Origin: Lytechinus pictus
Taxonomy: Eukaryota
Assembly: GCF_037042905.1 (NCBI RefSeq)
Contig: NC_087251.1
Span: 13,208,001-13,272,000, forward strand
Direction of reading: 5' to 3'
Length of the DNA: 64,000 nucleotides
Shown: piece after piece, positions 38,701-49,100 of the stretch
Position numbering within the stretch: position 1 is the first letter of the stretch
How the letters are laid out: each line of letters begins with the position of its first letter
Position numbers and translations under genes: made by a program
Notes under the pieces: model-generated
The model's input: only the letters and a program-made list of their open reading frames with translations
What the model was told of the DNA's origin: nothing
The model's database searches: none

Positions 38701-41700
38701 GAAGCTGGCCTCAGTCAGCGAAGAGTAGCCAGAATGATGGGCGTGTCACACAGTGTCATTAGCAGAGCAAATCAAAGACACCGAGAGACAGGGCTATACT
38801 CCGAGAGACCCCGCAGTGGCCGACCAGTTTCGACAACCCCTAGAGATGATCGCTACTTGACGAATCTCAGCCTCCGCAACCACTTTCACAGTGCACGCCG
38901 CCTCAACAATGACTTCGCTGCAGCAACTGGAGTGATTGTTTCCACTCAAACAATCCGTAACCGACTTCACAGAGCCAATATGCATGCGAGACGGCCAGCT
39001 GAGTGTGTCCCACTCACCCCTGCTCACAGAAGAATTCGTCTCAACTGGGCCCGGGAGCATGTCAGATGGACCAGACAGCAATGGCGTAGAGTTCTGTTCA
39101 CAGATGAGAGCAGATTTTCCCTTGACCACAATGATGGACGTTCGAGAGTCTGGAGGCGACCATGCAGGAGAGAGATTTGCAGACCCCTGTATTGCAGAAC
39201 ATGACCGTTATGGGGGAGGCAGCGTCATGGTGTGGGGAGGCATCACCTACGCCAACCGTACTCGTCTCTACGTGGTCCCAGGGGGAGCAATGACAGGAGT
39301 GAGGTACAGGGATGAGGTCCTTGAACCTATAGTGGTGCCATTTGCAGAAAATGTGGGACAAAACATCATTTTCATGGATGACAATGCCCGTGCCCACCGA
39401 GCTAGGGTGGTGACCGAGTTCCTTGAGGGCCAGGGGATTGAGCGTATGGAGTGGCCAGCGAGGTCCCCGGACTTAAACCCGATAGAGCACGTCTGGGACA
39501 TGATGGGGAGGAGTCTCGAGCAGCTCGAAGCCCATCCACTTGGACTGCAGCAGCTGGGTGTGGCTCTGGAGGCTGCATGGGATGCACTGGACGTCAGAGA
39601 CATCAATCGCCTCATCAGCTCCATGAGACAGCGCTGTGAAGCCGTTATTGCTGCAGGAGGTGGTCACACTCGTTACTGAACTGCCTGAAAGACACTCAGA
39701 CATTCGTTTTTACCACTTCATGTCGGTAGCTGATACCCCTCGGGGCCCACTTTTCAGGATGTGCAGTGATGCGAGAGACATTGTGCAACAACTGAAACCA
39801 CCCATGTGTGAAATTGATTACAGCGTGTTTAAGGACATTTAGGACAGTTGTACTGAGGTATTTCCAGAAATAAAACACCTTGTATAAAATCTTTATGTAC
39901 GTTTTAAAAAGTGGTCCTTAACTTTTTTTGAGTAGTGTATTTGCTCGTGCGCGACTTTAATGATATTTTGCCCTATAACACACCATGTTTGGCTCATCAA
40001 AATGGCTCATTACGCCACTGCTTCAAGCTCAACTATACTTGCAGTATATTCATCCACTATAATGTGGCAAAGGGAAATGTTCAAAATTAATAAAAGATCA
40101 ATTAAAGTATTTTTCCTCAGTTTTAGACTTAATCCGAATACTGCACTTACTAGCTCGGAAGCACGATCCCAGAAGGTCGCAACTGTGTTGTTGCTACATC
40201 CAGATCGGTCGGTGTCTTCAGTAGGGCAGACTGTGTAGTTGAACCCAGACGGTTCATCTGGATCAGTAGAACCACAGAAGGATAGGTTTAGAGCCATGTA
40301 ACCTGGGAACGTTTCACCCAGGACGATGTACTCACGACTCACCTCGGCAACGTCATGGGGTATGTAGGCACCACCGACGCCTGTCCACATCGTTGTCTGT
40401 TGAGAAGATGGAGAATTGAAAACAAAATAAGGGAACTGATGAGGTCCAAGGAGAGGGGCTAAAACATCATCATTAGTATCATTATAACCGACATTGCATT
40501 TCCTCCCTTTCCTCAAAATCATTATCGTCATTGATAGGATCATACCATCATCATCATCATCATCATCATCAACAACATAATCATTATCATATTCATTATC
40601 ACTATCTTCTTCTCCTTCATCATCAAACAGTAGACAACATTATTAATTAACAATTTCTACCAAAATTAATACGACTCAAGAAATGAAGATAGGAAATATT
40701 TGGGCGCAAAGTGCTAGAAATCGAGTCCATGGGAAATGAAACGCGATCTGTCACACGAGATATGCCACCAAATGCTATGAGAGATTTCTGTCCTACTTTA
40801 ATAAAAAATTATTTTTCTCTGATTTTTATTTTTCAATGGCTAATAATGCTGCTTGAAGTAGTCTTAAAAAGTCTACACTCTGACTCAACCAATTCAGAGT
40901 GAGGTAGTAAACTTTACAAGTTCGTAATGACAGTAAGAATGAATATCTGATTTTCAAGATTAATTCATACAGATGAAAATTTGATGGGGTAAACAAAGCA
41001 TAAAACAACTTAGCATGCACTAGAGCTTACTTTAAAGAAGTATATAGGGTAAAGAAATACGGGAAATGAATGATCAGGATGTCAAGAGAAAAAAAAATCA
41101 GCTTCAGATAGATGCACGTCATTAACAAAGCCCGACTCCTACTTACCGTTCCAGGTTTAGTATTCGGTGGAGCCATGGTAAGGAATTCATCATAGGCGTT
41201 GTATGGGGTATTACAGGGATCCATCCCTCGGATAGCTCCAAGAAAGGAATTCACGGCAGCATCACACTGGACATCACCACTAAACACGATAAAGATATAG
41301 TTGGAAAGATAGAATGATATATATTTTTTATTTTGGGGATGAATTTTCTGTTGACATGGATCCGTCGCAAAACTTAATTGTTTTTGATGCACAAAAATTA
41401 AAGTAATAAAATACAAGAGGGGAGGGTGTGTGGGTAATGATGAAAGTGATGATGAATGTAGTTCTGTATGTGACGGTAAGAGAGGGAGAAAAGTTGGAGA
41501 GAGAAAAAGGGGCATGTCATGGTGATGGCGAGAGGAATGAGAAAGGGAAACAGGTTTAAGAGTGAGTGAAGTTGAGGGAGAGGGCATGTGTGAGGTGTGT
41601 ATGTATTGGTTTGTGTTTAAGGGGAAAGAAGAGAGAGAGAGCAAAAAAAAAATAGAATGGAGGTCCGTGTGTGGATTTGAATATGGGTGAGAGTATGAAA

Positions 41701-44029
41701 AGGAAAAAGAGCATACTTTGGGTACGGCAAACGTTCGAAGAGTGTGAGGGTGTGGGTGATAATAGAGAGAAAGAAGGTGCGTGTGTGGGTAGCGATGATT
41801 ATAAAAGCAGAAGATAACAAACGTAATAGGGTAAGAGGGGAAGAAACATTGTGGGCGTGTGGGAGAGGGACAGGGGTGATGGTAAACAAGGAGGGGAGAT
41901 TGTGAGTATGTAGGTCAGTGTATAGGAGAAAGAGAGTGTATGTGTGGGGTTAGACTGGAGAAAGGGAGAGTGTGGGGTGAGAGCGATGGTAAGGAAGATA
42001 TCGAAAGAGAGAGATTTGGAATCTTGGGCGGGATGAGTTGTGTTTGTAAGTCAGGGTGAAAGGAGAAAGATGAATTGAGTGTGTGGGAGTGAGAAATTGA
42101 TAGATAGAGAGAAAGGGGACAGGAATAAAATTTATCTGTTCGTGACGGTGAGAGAAAGTGCGTGTGTGGTAGACGTATCTAGAAAGACAGTGAGATGGAT
42201 GGTATAGGGATTGAAATAATGGTGTGTGGGCGTGGGTAGAAGTGAAAGCTGAACAGATGCGTCCATGGTAAGGTATAATTATGGGTAACGATGAGAGACC
42301 GGTAAAGAGAGAGGAGAGAGATAAACAGAGAGATTTAGATGTGTGTGGGTGTGAGAGAGGGTGTGTGTAGGGTGTGTGTGTGTGTGTGTGTGTGCGAGGA
42401 TGAGGGAGAAATCGAAATAGAGTGCGCATTGTATTGGATGAAGGAAATGAGGGGAAGAAAGAGAGAAACAATGAGTATAGGATAATGAGAATATTCAGAA
42501 AGAATTTCTGAGCTGAGAGATATAATATTGAGAATAAAGATTATGATCATTATAAAGCCTAAAATAATTTTTTTTTAATTTCAATAGCATTTATTCAATC
42601 ATCTGTATATACATTTCACATTTATATCAATTAAACATAATCAAATAATACATACAGAAGACGATACAAAGATTTCCCAGTACAGTTTTGTTCATTTCTA
42701 GTCTCCTAAGCAATTCTGATTTAAATAAAAACGTTAGATTTGATGGTCTATTGTCTACTCTCCTGTAATTACGTAACAAAATTGATTTATACACAGTCCA
42801 AAAAGCTATATTAATGATATCATCTAGTTCTTTGTGCTCGTTATTTTTTATCAAAAGATCGACATCGATAATAACGTGTTTATTGAAGGCTTTTTTGATC
42901 AGCCAAATTATATATGACCAAAAATTTTGATTCAATTTACAAGTGATCAAGGCATGTGTTATGTCCTCTTCTACATGACAACTATTACAATAAGCATCTT
43001 CACTTATACGCCATTTACATGAATTTCTTTTCACAGGCAATAAATTATATAGTATTTTGAAATTAAATTATCTAAGTTTGTTTTCTTTTACTGTTAACAA
43101 GTTTCTCTCGAAACAAGTATTCCAGACTATACTCATTTTCGAAATATTTTCCCAAAAGAAACAGCAACGTGAATTTGACCCTTCATGACGTATAACATAA
43201 TTGTAAAAGTATCTTGAAGGTACGTGGTCCAGACATTTTACTGAGTTACCTATTTTTAGTTTGGGTATATATCAAGATTCGCAGATCTTTGTAGGTTCTC
43301 AATAATATATTTTGATAGCCAAATTTCAGGTATAGCTAGGAGCTTGCCTCAGTTTTGAATAATAAAAAATGACAGATCTTTTATTATTTTTAAATTTCAG
43401 CATTGATGATATTTCGGATACATCTTTCAAGCCTCCATCAACATTCAAAATGTCTTCCAAGTATATTATTCCACTAAGCCTAATACACTGGTCACATTTG
43501 CTCTACGGCGAGTCGAAAACAGCCGTTTTATTCATTTTTATTCAAACCACCTATATTTAGCTGGTACAAAAAATGTTATAACGACTGTTTTCGACTCGCC
43601 GTACGGCTGCCGTAGAACAAATGTGACCGAGGTATTAATGAAATTAATCTTCAGACATTTGTAATGCATTATCAATATTTTTTAAGAACAAGTCATCAAC
43701 CATACAAAAATATATTTGTATTCATTATTGTATTTTTATTTCTCAAAAACAAATAAAAAAGAAGATTTTTACCTGACACAACCATCACAAAACAATTACT
43801 ATTGTTACCGTCATGGCTTTAATATAACTCTCAAAACATTACAAAGGTGGGAATGGGGGACTTACTAATAGGGTAGACAAAGACCCCCGTGGAGGCACTG
43901 GCGGTACTCCTGGCATCTACCTTTCAAAACGTCTGTCATGTTCCAAGTTGTTCCTGGTCCAGGTAGTGTATAGGCATTAGTCGTCATCGTCATTGATGAC
44001 AAGCAAATGAACACAGGGAGGAGATTCAT
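32709..44029 (-). CDS. ADP-ribosyl cyclase / cADPR hydrolase (CD38/BST1/Aplysia cyclase family), 7 coding exons, about 328 aa, signal peptide and probable GPI-anchor signal
   Basis: GT-AG, phase-consistent exons 43866-44029, 41147-41279, 40151-40396, 36576-36652, 35006-35107, 33859-33951, 32709-32880 (987 nt). Translation: MNLLPVFICLSS..GPGTT..LKGRCQEY..CDAAVNSF..DPCN..TMWT..VLGETFPGYMALNLSFCG..NYTVCP..CSNNTVATFWDRASELFTRQASGEVYVVLN..STFARIEV..ETC..NTC..WLQCARYTDSPYC, then a hydrophobic tail. The 10 family cysteines and the catalytic Glu are conserved. Confidence 0.93.
32957..33570 (+). mobile_element. Truncated piggyBac-like non-autonomous element end
   Basis: Begins TTAA|CCCTAATAAGACTTGGGG, a piggyBac-type TTAA-CCC terminus. 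No matching right end was found. Confidence 0.4.
37420..38448 (-). CDS. Tc1-family DD34E transposase, open reading frame, 342 aa from ATG
   Basis: N-terminal HTH (GLSQRRVARMMGVSHSVISR), GRP motif, and catalytic FTDESRF, MDDNARAH and SPDLNPIE, with 34 residues between the second D and E. Confidence 0.93.
   Translation of the reverse strand: MPRHHLSETDVARALGMLEAGLSQRRVARMMGVSHSVISRANQRHRETGLYSKRPRSGRPVSTTPRDDRYLTNLSLRNRFHSARRLNNDFAAATGVIVSTQTIRNRLHRANMHARRPAQCVPLTPAHRRIRLNLAREHVRWTRQQWRRVLFTDESRFSLDHNDGRSRVWRRPGERFADPCIAEHDRYGGGSVMVWGGITYANRTRLYVVPGGAMTGVRYRDEVLEPIVVPFAENVGQNIIFMDDNARAHRARVVTEFLEGQGIERMEWPARSPDLNPIEHVWDMMGRSLEQLEAHPLGLQQLGVALEAAWDALDVRDINRLISSMRQRCEAVIAAGGGHTRY
38679..39679 (+). 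pseudogene. Second Tc1 transposase copy, lacking the first ~11 codons and frameshifted
   Basis: Near-identical to the minus-strand copy. It starts at ARALGM and has a 4-bp insertion at ~39161-39166, which splits it into ORFs 38695-39204 and 38936-39679. Confidence 0.93.
41410..42540. repeat. Purine-rich degenerate (GA/GT)n low-complexity tract in cyclase intron 1
   Basis: Strong G/A skew on the plus strand with GAGA and GTGT runs. Confidence 0.75.
42567..43660 (-). mobile_element. L1/Tx1-clade LINE 3' fragment, interrupted by a MITE
   Basis: zf-RVT-like segment FNFKILYNLLPV..KWRISEDAYCNSCHVEEDITHALITC..FW, then AATAAA and an A tail (T run at ~42568-42576). Confidence 0.75.
43484..43634. mobile_element. 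MITE of the TAC..GGTCACATTTGCTCTACGGCG family (PIF/Harbinger-like)
   Basis: Long TIRs TACACTGGTCACATTTGCTCTACGGCG / GCCGTAGAACAAATGTGACCGAGGTA. A related copy lies at ~29547-29688. Confidence 0.8.
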
Positions 44030-45126
44030 CGTGACTCTTTAGCCTAAAGAGTTTAGGATTTGTCTGAAGGGATATATAAAGCGGGTGGAAAATAGAGATT
44101 ATATAGGTTGTTGAGGTAAAAAGTTCGTTTGCCGTCTTGCACTGTTTATATTCCATAATGTGTTAGTTTGAGTTGCCAGTTTTCTGGGTCGATCAGACCA
44201 GCTGCGTTTGGAGTGTGGTAGTGAACTTGTTAAGGAATTCAAACTAAATGGTTGCTATGCGTTTGGGCTGTAGAATTAGTATTTTTCGGGACTCAATGGA
44301 TTTGGAAGAGTAGAATTGAATATACTGAATTAGAATTTATGGACAGTCCAGCTGAACTTATTTTTTTCTATTCTGCTTCTGATTTCCTGTTCTCCAGCTC
44401 GCTTGCATTCTTCAGCGACTAGAGAGAGAGAGAGAGATAAAGTGAACAGGTGGGAGAGATAACTGAGCTGTAAGACAGAAGAGTCGTAGAACGAGAGAAT
44501 TGGGTAAGAGAGTGGATGAGAAAGCTTTAGTCGGAGTGGTTAAACTAGTTGAGATCGAGAAACTTGCTGGGGAGTGGTGAAGAGAGAGAGTTACGTAAGA
44601 GGGAAGAATAATGAAGCCGAAGAACTTGAATTTGGAATCAGAGTACGAACATTAATTAGTTCCATTTTATACACTAATATTACAGGCGGATTAATTGGGT
44701 GCATTGCAACAAAAGTGATGACCGATTTGGGGAAGGGTTTTAGGGTAGTTTTTTCGTTCACCATTTGTTTTGCTGCCGTAGGCCATGTCGGTTATACCAT
44801 GGACCAACTAGTGGTTATACTCCATTGTCGGTCATCTCGCCCAGAGGTGCGAGCTTGTTGATTTGACATTCCCGACTTTTCGCTAGCTGGAGAACGCAAA
44901 CGCTTATTTACGACGGTAGTTGATTTTGGAAGAGACTTTTGGGCCCGTCGTAAAAGACTGTCCTGCAATTTAAATTATGTTACATGAGGATTTTGTTTAG
45001 CTTTCGCATCTGCAACGGAAACATCAATCTGCGGTTCGTGTGCAAAATACTATGGTAACAGCGACATATCCGATTTAGGACGACTTTCCAGAGCCACATT
45101 TGGTTCCTCCCAGAGCTCGAGAGGCC

Positions 45127-45430
45127 GCCCGGTGGGCCCACTTCCATTGACGCGTGGATACCAGGCGCGACCACGCGTAAAAAAGGGAAAGAGTGGGCAA
45201 GTCGTTACGTATAGGCCTATATGTAACGTTATAAAGGTGTCAAAAACGATGTTTAAAATACTGGAAAAGGGATACATTTCCAATACTTGTATGGTTTCTC
45301 AAGCCAAATATACTTGTTAAGGGATGCATTTTCATAATCTGAAAAATACTTGCTTCCCTTGTTTAGGGTGCTTTTCGAAACCCCATGGTCGCGCCTGGTA
45401 TCCACTCGTCAAAGGAAGTGGTCCCCCCCG
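45127..45430. mobile_element. MITE with ~45-bp TIRs
   Basis: CCACTTCCATTGACGCGTGGATACCAGGCGCGACCA ... TGGTCGCGCCTGGTATCCACTCGTCAAAGGAAGTGG. Confidence 0.8.
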
Positions 45431-45641
45431 AAAATTTGAACCTAATCACCCATTTCGGGGGAAGTAAAACATAATTCCCATAACATTTTGTGCTAGGGCA
45501 TATTGTTTGTGTAGAAGGAGCAGGTAAAAGAAAAAAACCCGCAAATTCGGATGGTGTTCAGACGTGGATAGGCCTATTGCATATGCTGTGTACATATCAA
45601 CGCATGCGAAATGGTTTCGGCTGGAGAGGTGATCTGACCCA

Positions 45642-46135
45642 TGGAATCAATTGCTAGTGATCCACCAATAATCCACATTAGATGCTTTATCGATTCGATA
45701 GACTGTAATGATCTATCTAAGTCTTAATTCAGATCTAAGTCTTAATTCAGTAAGTTTTTCCTCACTCAATATGTACTCGATTTGTTTGAAAAACCACTTT
45801 CTTATCCATGTCATAATCTTTTTTTTAATTTTTTTTTTAATTTTTTTTTATTTGTATGTTCTCATTAACATCGTCACTGTATATTGAACAAAAATAAAAT
45901 GGAATCAATTGCTAGTGATCCACCAATAATCCACATTAGATGCTTTATCGATTCGATAGACTGTAATGATCTATCTAAGTCTTAATTCAGTAAGTTTTTC
46001 CTCACTCAATATGTACTCGATTTGTTTGAAAAACCACTTTCTTATCCATGTCATAATCTTTTTTATTTTTTTTTATTTTTTATTTTATTTGTATGTTCTC
46101 ATTTACATCGTCACTGTATATTGAACAAAAATAAA
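45642..46135 (+). repeat. Recent tandem duplication, two units of ~240-258 bp
   Basis: TGGAATCAATTGCTAGTGATCCACC.. occurs at 45642 and 45900. Unit 1 carries an extra internal ATCTAAGTCTTAATTCAG copy. Confidence 0.9.
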
Positions 46136-49100
46136 AAAACAACATCATGATATACATTAGAATTCAACATAAAAATTGACAACATTATATAAATATAGCA
46201 AGAAAGAATTTTAGATACATGTTCAATAGTAAGCAAACATAATGCCTAAATTGACTTTTCAATCTTTGTTTTACAATTTTTCAAAAAAATACTTTTTTTT
46301 ATATTTGCTCTCCATTTTATTTCTTCTAAGAATATTTCAAATATTTCTTTAAAATTTGATTTTCTTTTTTGTTGAAAAATTGTATAAGAAGCTAAATCAA
46401 AATCAATTTAGCTTCTTATCCATGTCATAATCTATTGTAGGCCCAGCATTTCGAATATCTCCAGCCAGCTGTCATAGTCGAGGCTCGCCGCCGGCTCAGG
46501 GGGCATACGCTGATGACCAGTCGTAAATGCGTGAAAGCCGGATTTAATGTCGTATAGCATGGTGCGGTGTCGCGCGAAAGAATTTTGCACACGATCGAAA
46601 AGCAGATCTATAGGGCCTGTAACACAAAGGTTAGCAATGATTGTAGAGTAGTTTTCTACGTTTGATTCTATTGACTATAATGTACAATCAATCTTAAAAA
46701 TCGAGTCTATGATTAATCGTTAACTTTTGTATTACTGGACCCTAATGTCGCGTTCCAGAGGTTTGCGAAAACTCGTAATTGATTTGAAATAAACACATTA
46801 TGTACAACTTTACTTCATCTCTTCGTTCAAACTTGTCATTTCTTGACTTCGTCTTTCTTTGTACGTGGGCAGCGCAAGACGGTAGGCGGCCACCGGCCGA
46901 CTTGCAAAGCTGTGCCGCTACAAAAGAATGTCCTGAAGAAGAAAAAAAAACAGAATTTCTAAGAATCATTCTGGAATATCTTTTAAAGGTTCAATTTAGG
47001 TTCGAATTACTTCATATACTATCACACAAACCATGCGCTGTGATGTGTGATGTCTTTTTTTAATGGCCAGGATGACCCTCTCTCATTGATTGATGTACAA
47101 ATTCAAAATTTCAAGAGAACTTGCACTTCTCCTGTCCCATAGGGAACGCCGCCCATGTCGCTATAGGTGTCATCCGTGTCTATTTTCTCCTTGTCCCACT
47201 TCATTCACGACCCACCCCCTCCTCAAAATGCAAAATAGTTGAAATTAGCCCAATGTGAAGATTGTAAATCATTTTAAAGAGATGACAAGGATAAATCATA
47301 ATAGAATGACAAAACATACAAGAAGGAATATTGGAAAGTCTAATTCTATTTTAGAACTAAACACAATGCAGAAGGGTATCGAAGTTTGCAGGTCTTAAGT
47401 TTATAGACAAAATGTTATACTTCAAACAGTCTGCTATATAGGGCTGTGGCTCGCCCCATTCTATGCCTTTTCCTACCTTGTGGCGAGAGAAACATGAAAT
47501 ATTGAGAAATTACTTTTTCGTAAAAATTGTGTAACGGGACAAATCAATTACAAGCCGGGTAGAAAAGATCTCAAGGAATTTAATGTTTGAAGAATCAGAA
47601 GTCTGGGATAGGTTTTATATTGGCCTGTGCTGGGTGATACAAACATCCACATAAAATTAGATTAAAGCGTTTCATCAACATTTGTCATTCACAAGTTTTC
47701 AAATCTGATAACTTTCCTTGGTCTTGATTGGCTGAGAAGCACCGTTACTATGGTAAACTGTTTGATAATAATGATCACTGTCAATGAGGGGAGGGGCTTG
47801 GGAGCGTCCCCCCCCTCAATTTTTCACGAACAAGAAAAAAAAAGAGAAAAGGAAAGAAAAGGAAATAGAGAAAGGCGAAATATTATATTATTTTCAGAAT
47901 ATTACGTCGAATTCTATCACAAAATTAGATATTTGTAATAAAAACGTCGAAATTTTTGCTCGCTCAAAACTTTTACAAATTTTGGCCGATATGCGATATC
48001 TGGACCCATCAAAATTTTGGCTCATTACGCCAGTGATCACTGTGTACTTTCCCAAGGTTGATATGATGATGGGACGGGAACAATTAATAAACCTATCCTG
48101 AAGGACAAGTGTAACACCGACAATTTTTGGGTAGGGAGAGGATCAAACATGCAGGGGAAGGATTTTAATCAAATAATTAATGCAACTGATATAGAGGGAA
48201 TATTATGAGACGACTTGTCACATAATAATTGGCAGGATTATTGTAAGCTCCATATAAATGGATTTGGAGATTTCATATCAAATTAGAATGGTTTCTGTTT
48301 TTAGCACAACAAACTAATCATTATTGTGGAATAGAGTAAGAACCATATGGTAAAACTAAACAAAATAAAATTATATAAAAGTTAAGGATCTCAGTGAGAT
48401 GGAGAGTTGGCTTTTATACCAATTTAATGGAAGCTGAAAAGCAGAATACGAAAGTACATACATTATGAGACATAATTTTTGGAGGTCTGTTCTGTCTCCA
48501 TCTCTAAAGCGAAATGTGTAGTATGAAACTGACCATCGATCAAAATTAAATCATTTTTTTCTTTAAAATATTGTGAATATATTTCAATATTTGAATAAAA
48601 ATAAATAGCAAATGTATAATATTTGTGAAATAGTTTAAATAATGGAGTAAGTAAAATATATCAATGAAGTTTCATTGGTTAAGGCCTAATGAATTAGAAT
48701 GCTAAAATATAAATATTTCCAGAAGTATTTAACTTTCAAATAATTATTCATTAAATATATTAATAATATCAAACACGATAAATATTACAATGATATTAAT
48801 AATGACTGTTGGATCTTACCGAAAAGCAGAATATGAAACTACAGGAATTATAAGAGATAATTCTTGGGGTTTTGTCCTGTCTCCATCTCTAAAAGCGAAA
48901 AGTGATGAGACAGGAACATCACCCTTGGAAGTAGAAAGCAGACTGTTCCAATATCATAAATTGTGTGTGGGGGGGGGGGGGGGGGTTGATCATATGTAAT
49001 AATCCATGGCCATTTCTACTTGACTAAACTTCACAAATACTTATGTATTTGTAAATGAAACAAAATGATATAAAACATAATGCTTGGAATAAGACATCAC

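Larger units (their letters stand above)
37196..39937. mobile_element. Palindromic Tc1 element: two head-to-head copies of the transposase and 3' terminus
   Basis: Arms 37196-38416 and 38679-39937 are near-identical inverted copies around a 262-bp spacer. The ends read TA|(T/C)ACTACTCAAAAAAAGTTAAGGACCAC...|TA. Confidence 0.95.
36979..40020. mobile_element. Old CAGTGGCGTA-family MITE split by the Tc1 palindrome (halves 36979-37195 and 39938-40020)
   Basis: The joined halves resemble the uninterrupted copy at ~47775-48035 (GAAATAT.ATATTATTTTC ... TTTGCTCG ... GGCTCATTACGCCA.TG). Flanks CTGAAAGC/CTTCAAGC may be a degenerate 8-bp duplication. Confidence 0.6.

Noticed and set aside
37396..39703. 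Many overlapping antisense and alternate-frame ORFs over the transposases
   Set aside because: They are shadow ORFs of a GC-rich coding sequence, duplicated by the inversion, with no independent motifs.
37196..39937. Possibility that the Tc1 palindrome is an assembly fold-back artefact
   Set aside because: The arms differ by substitutions and two indels, the spacer is unique, and the symmetry stops exactly at the TA sites. The flanks are non-palindromic and rejoin into one MITE. Long reads are still needed for proof.
41027..42550. Long His/Ser/Leu-rich minus-strand ORFs
   Set aside because: They are translations of a low-complexity GA/GT tract. Only 41147-41279 is a real cyclase exon.
46503..46560. 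CTGATGA...GAAA...GTC hammerhead-like string
   Set aside because: Stems II and III do not pair and stem I is out of register, so it is probably chance.
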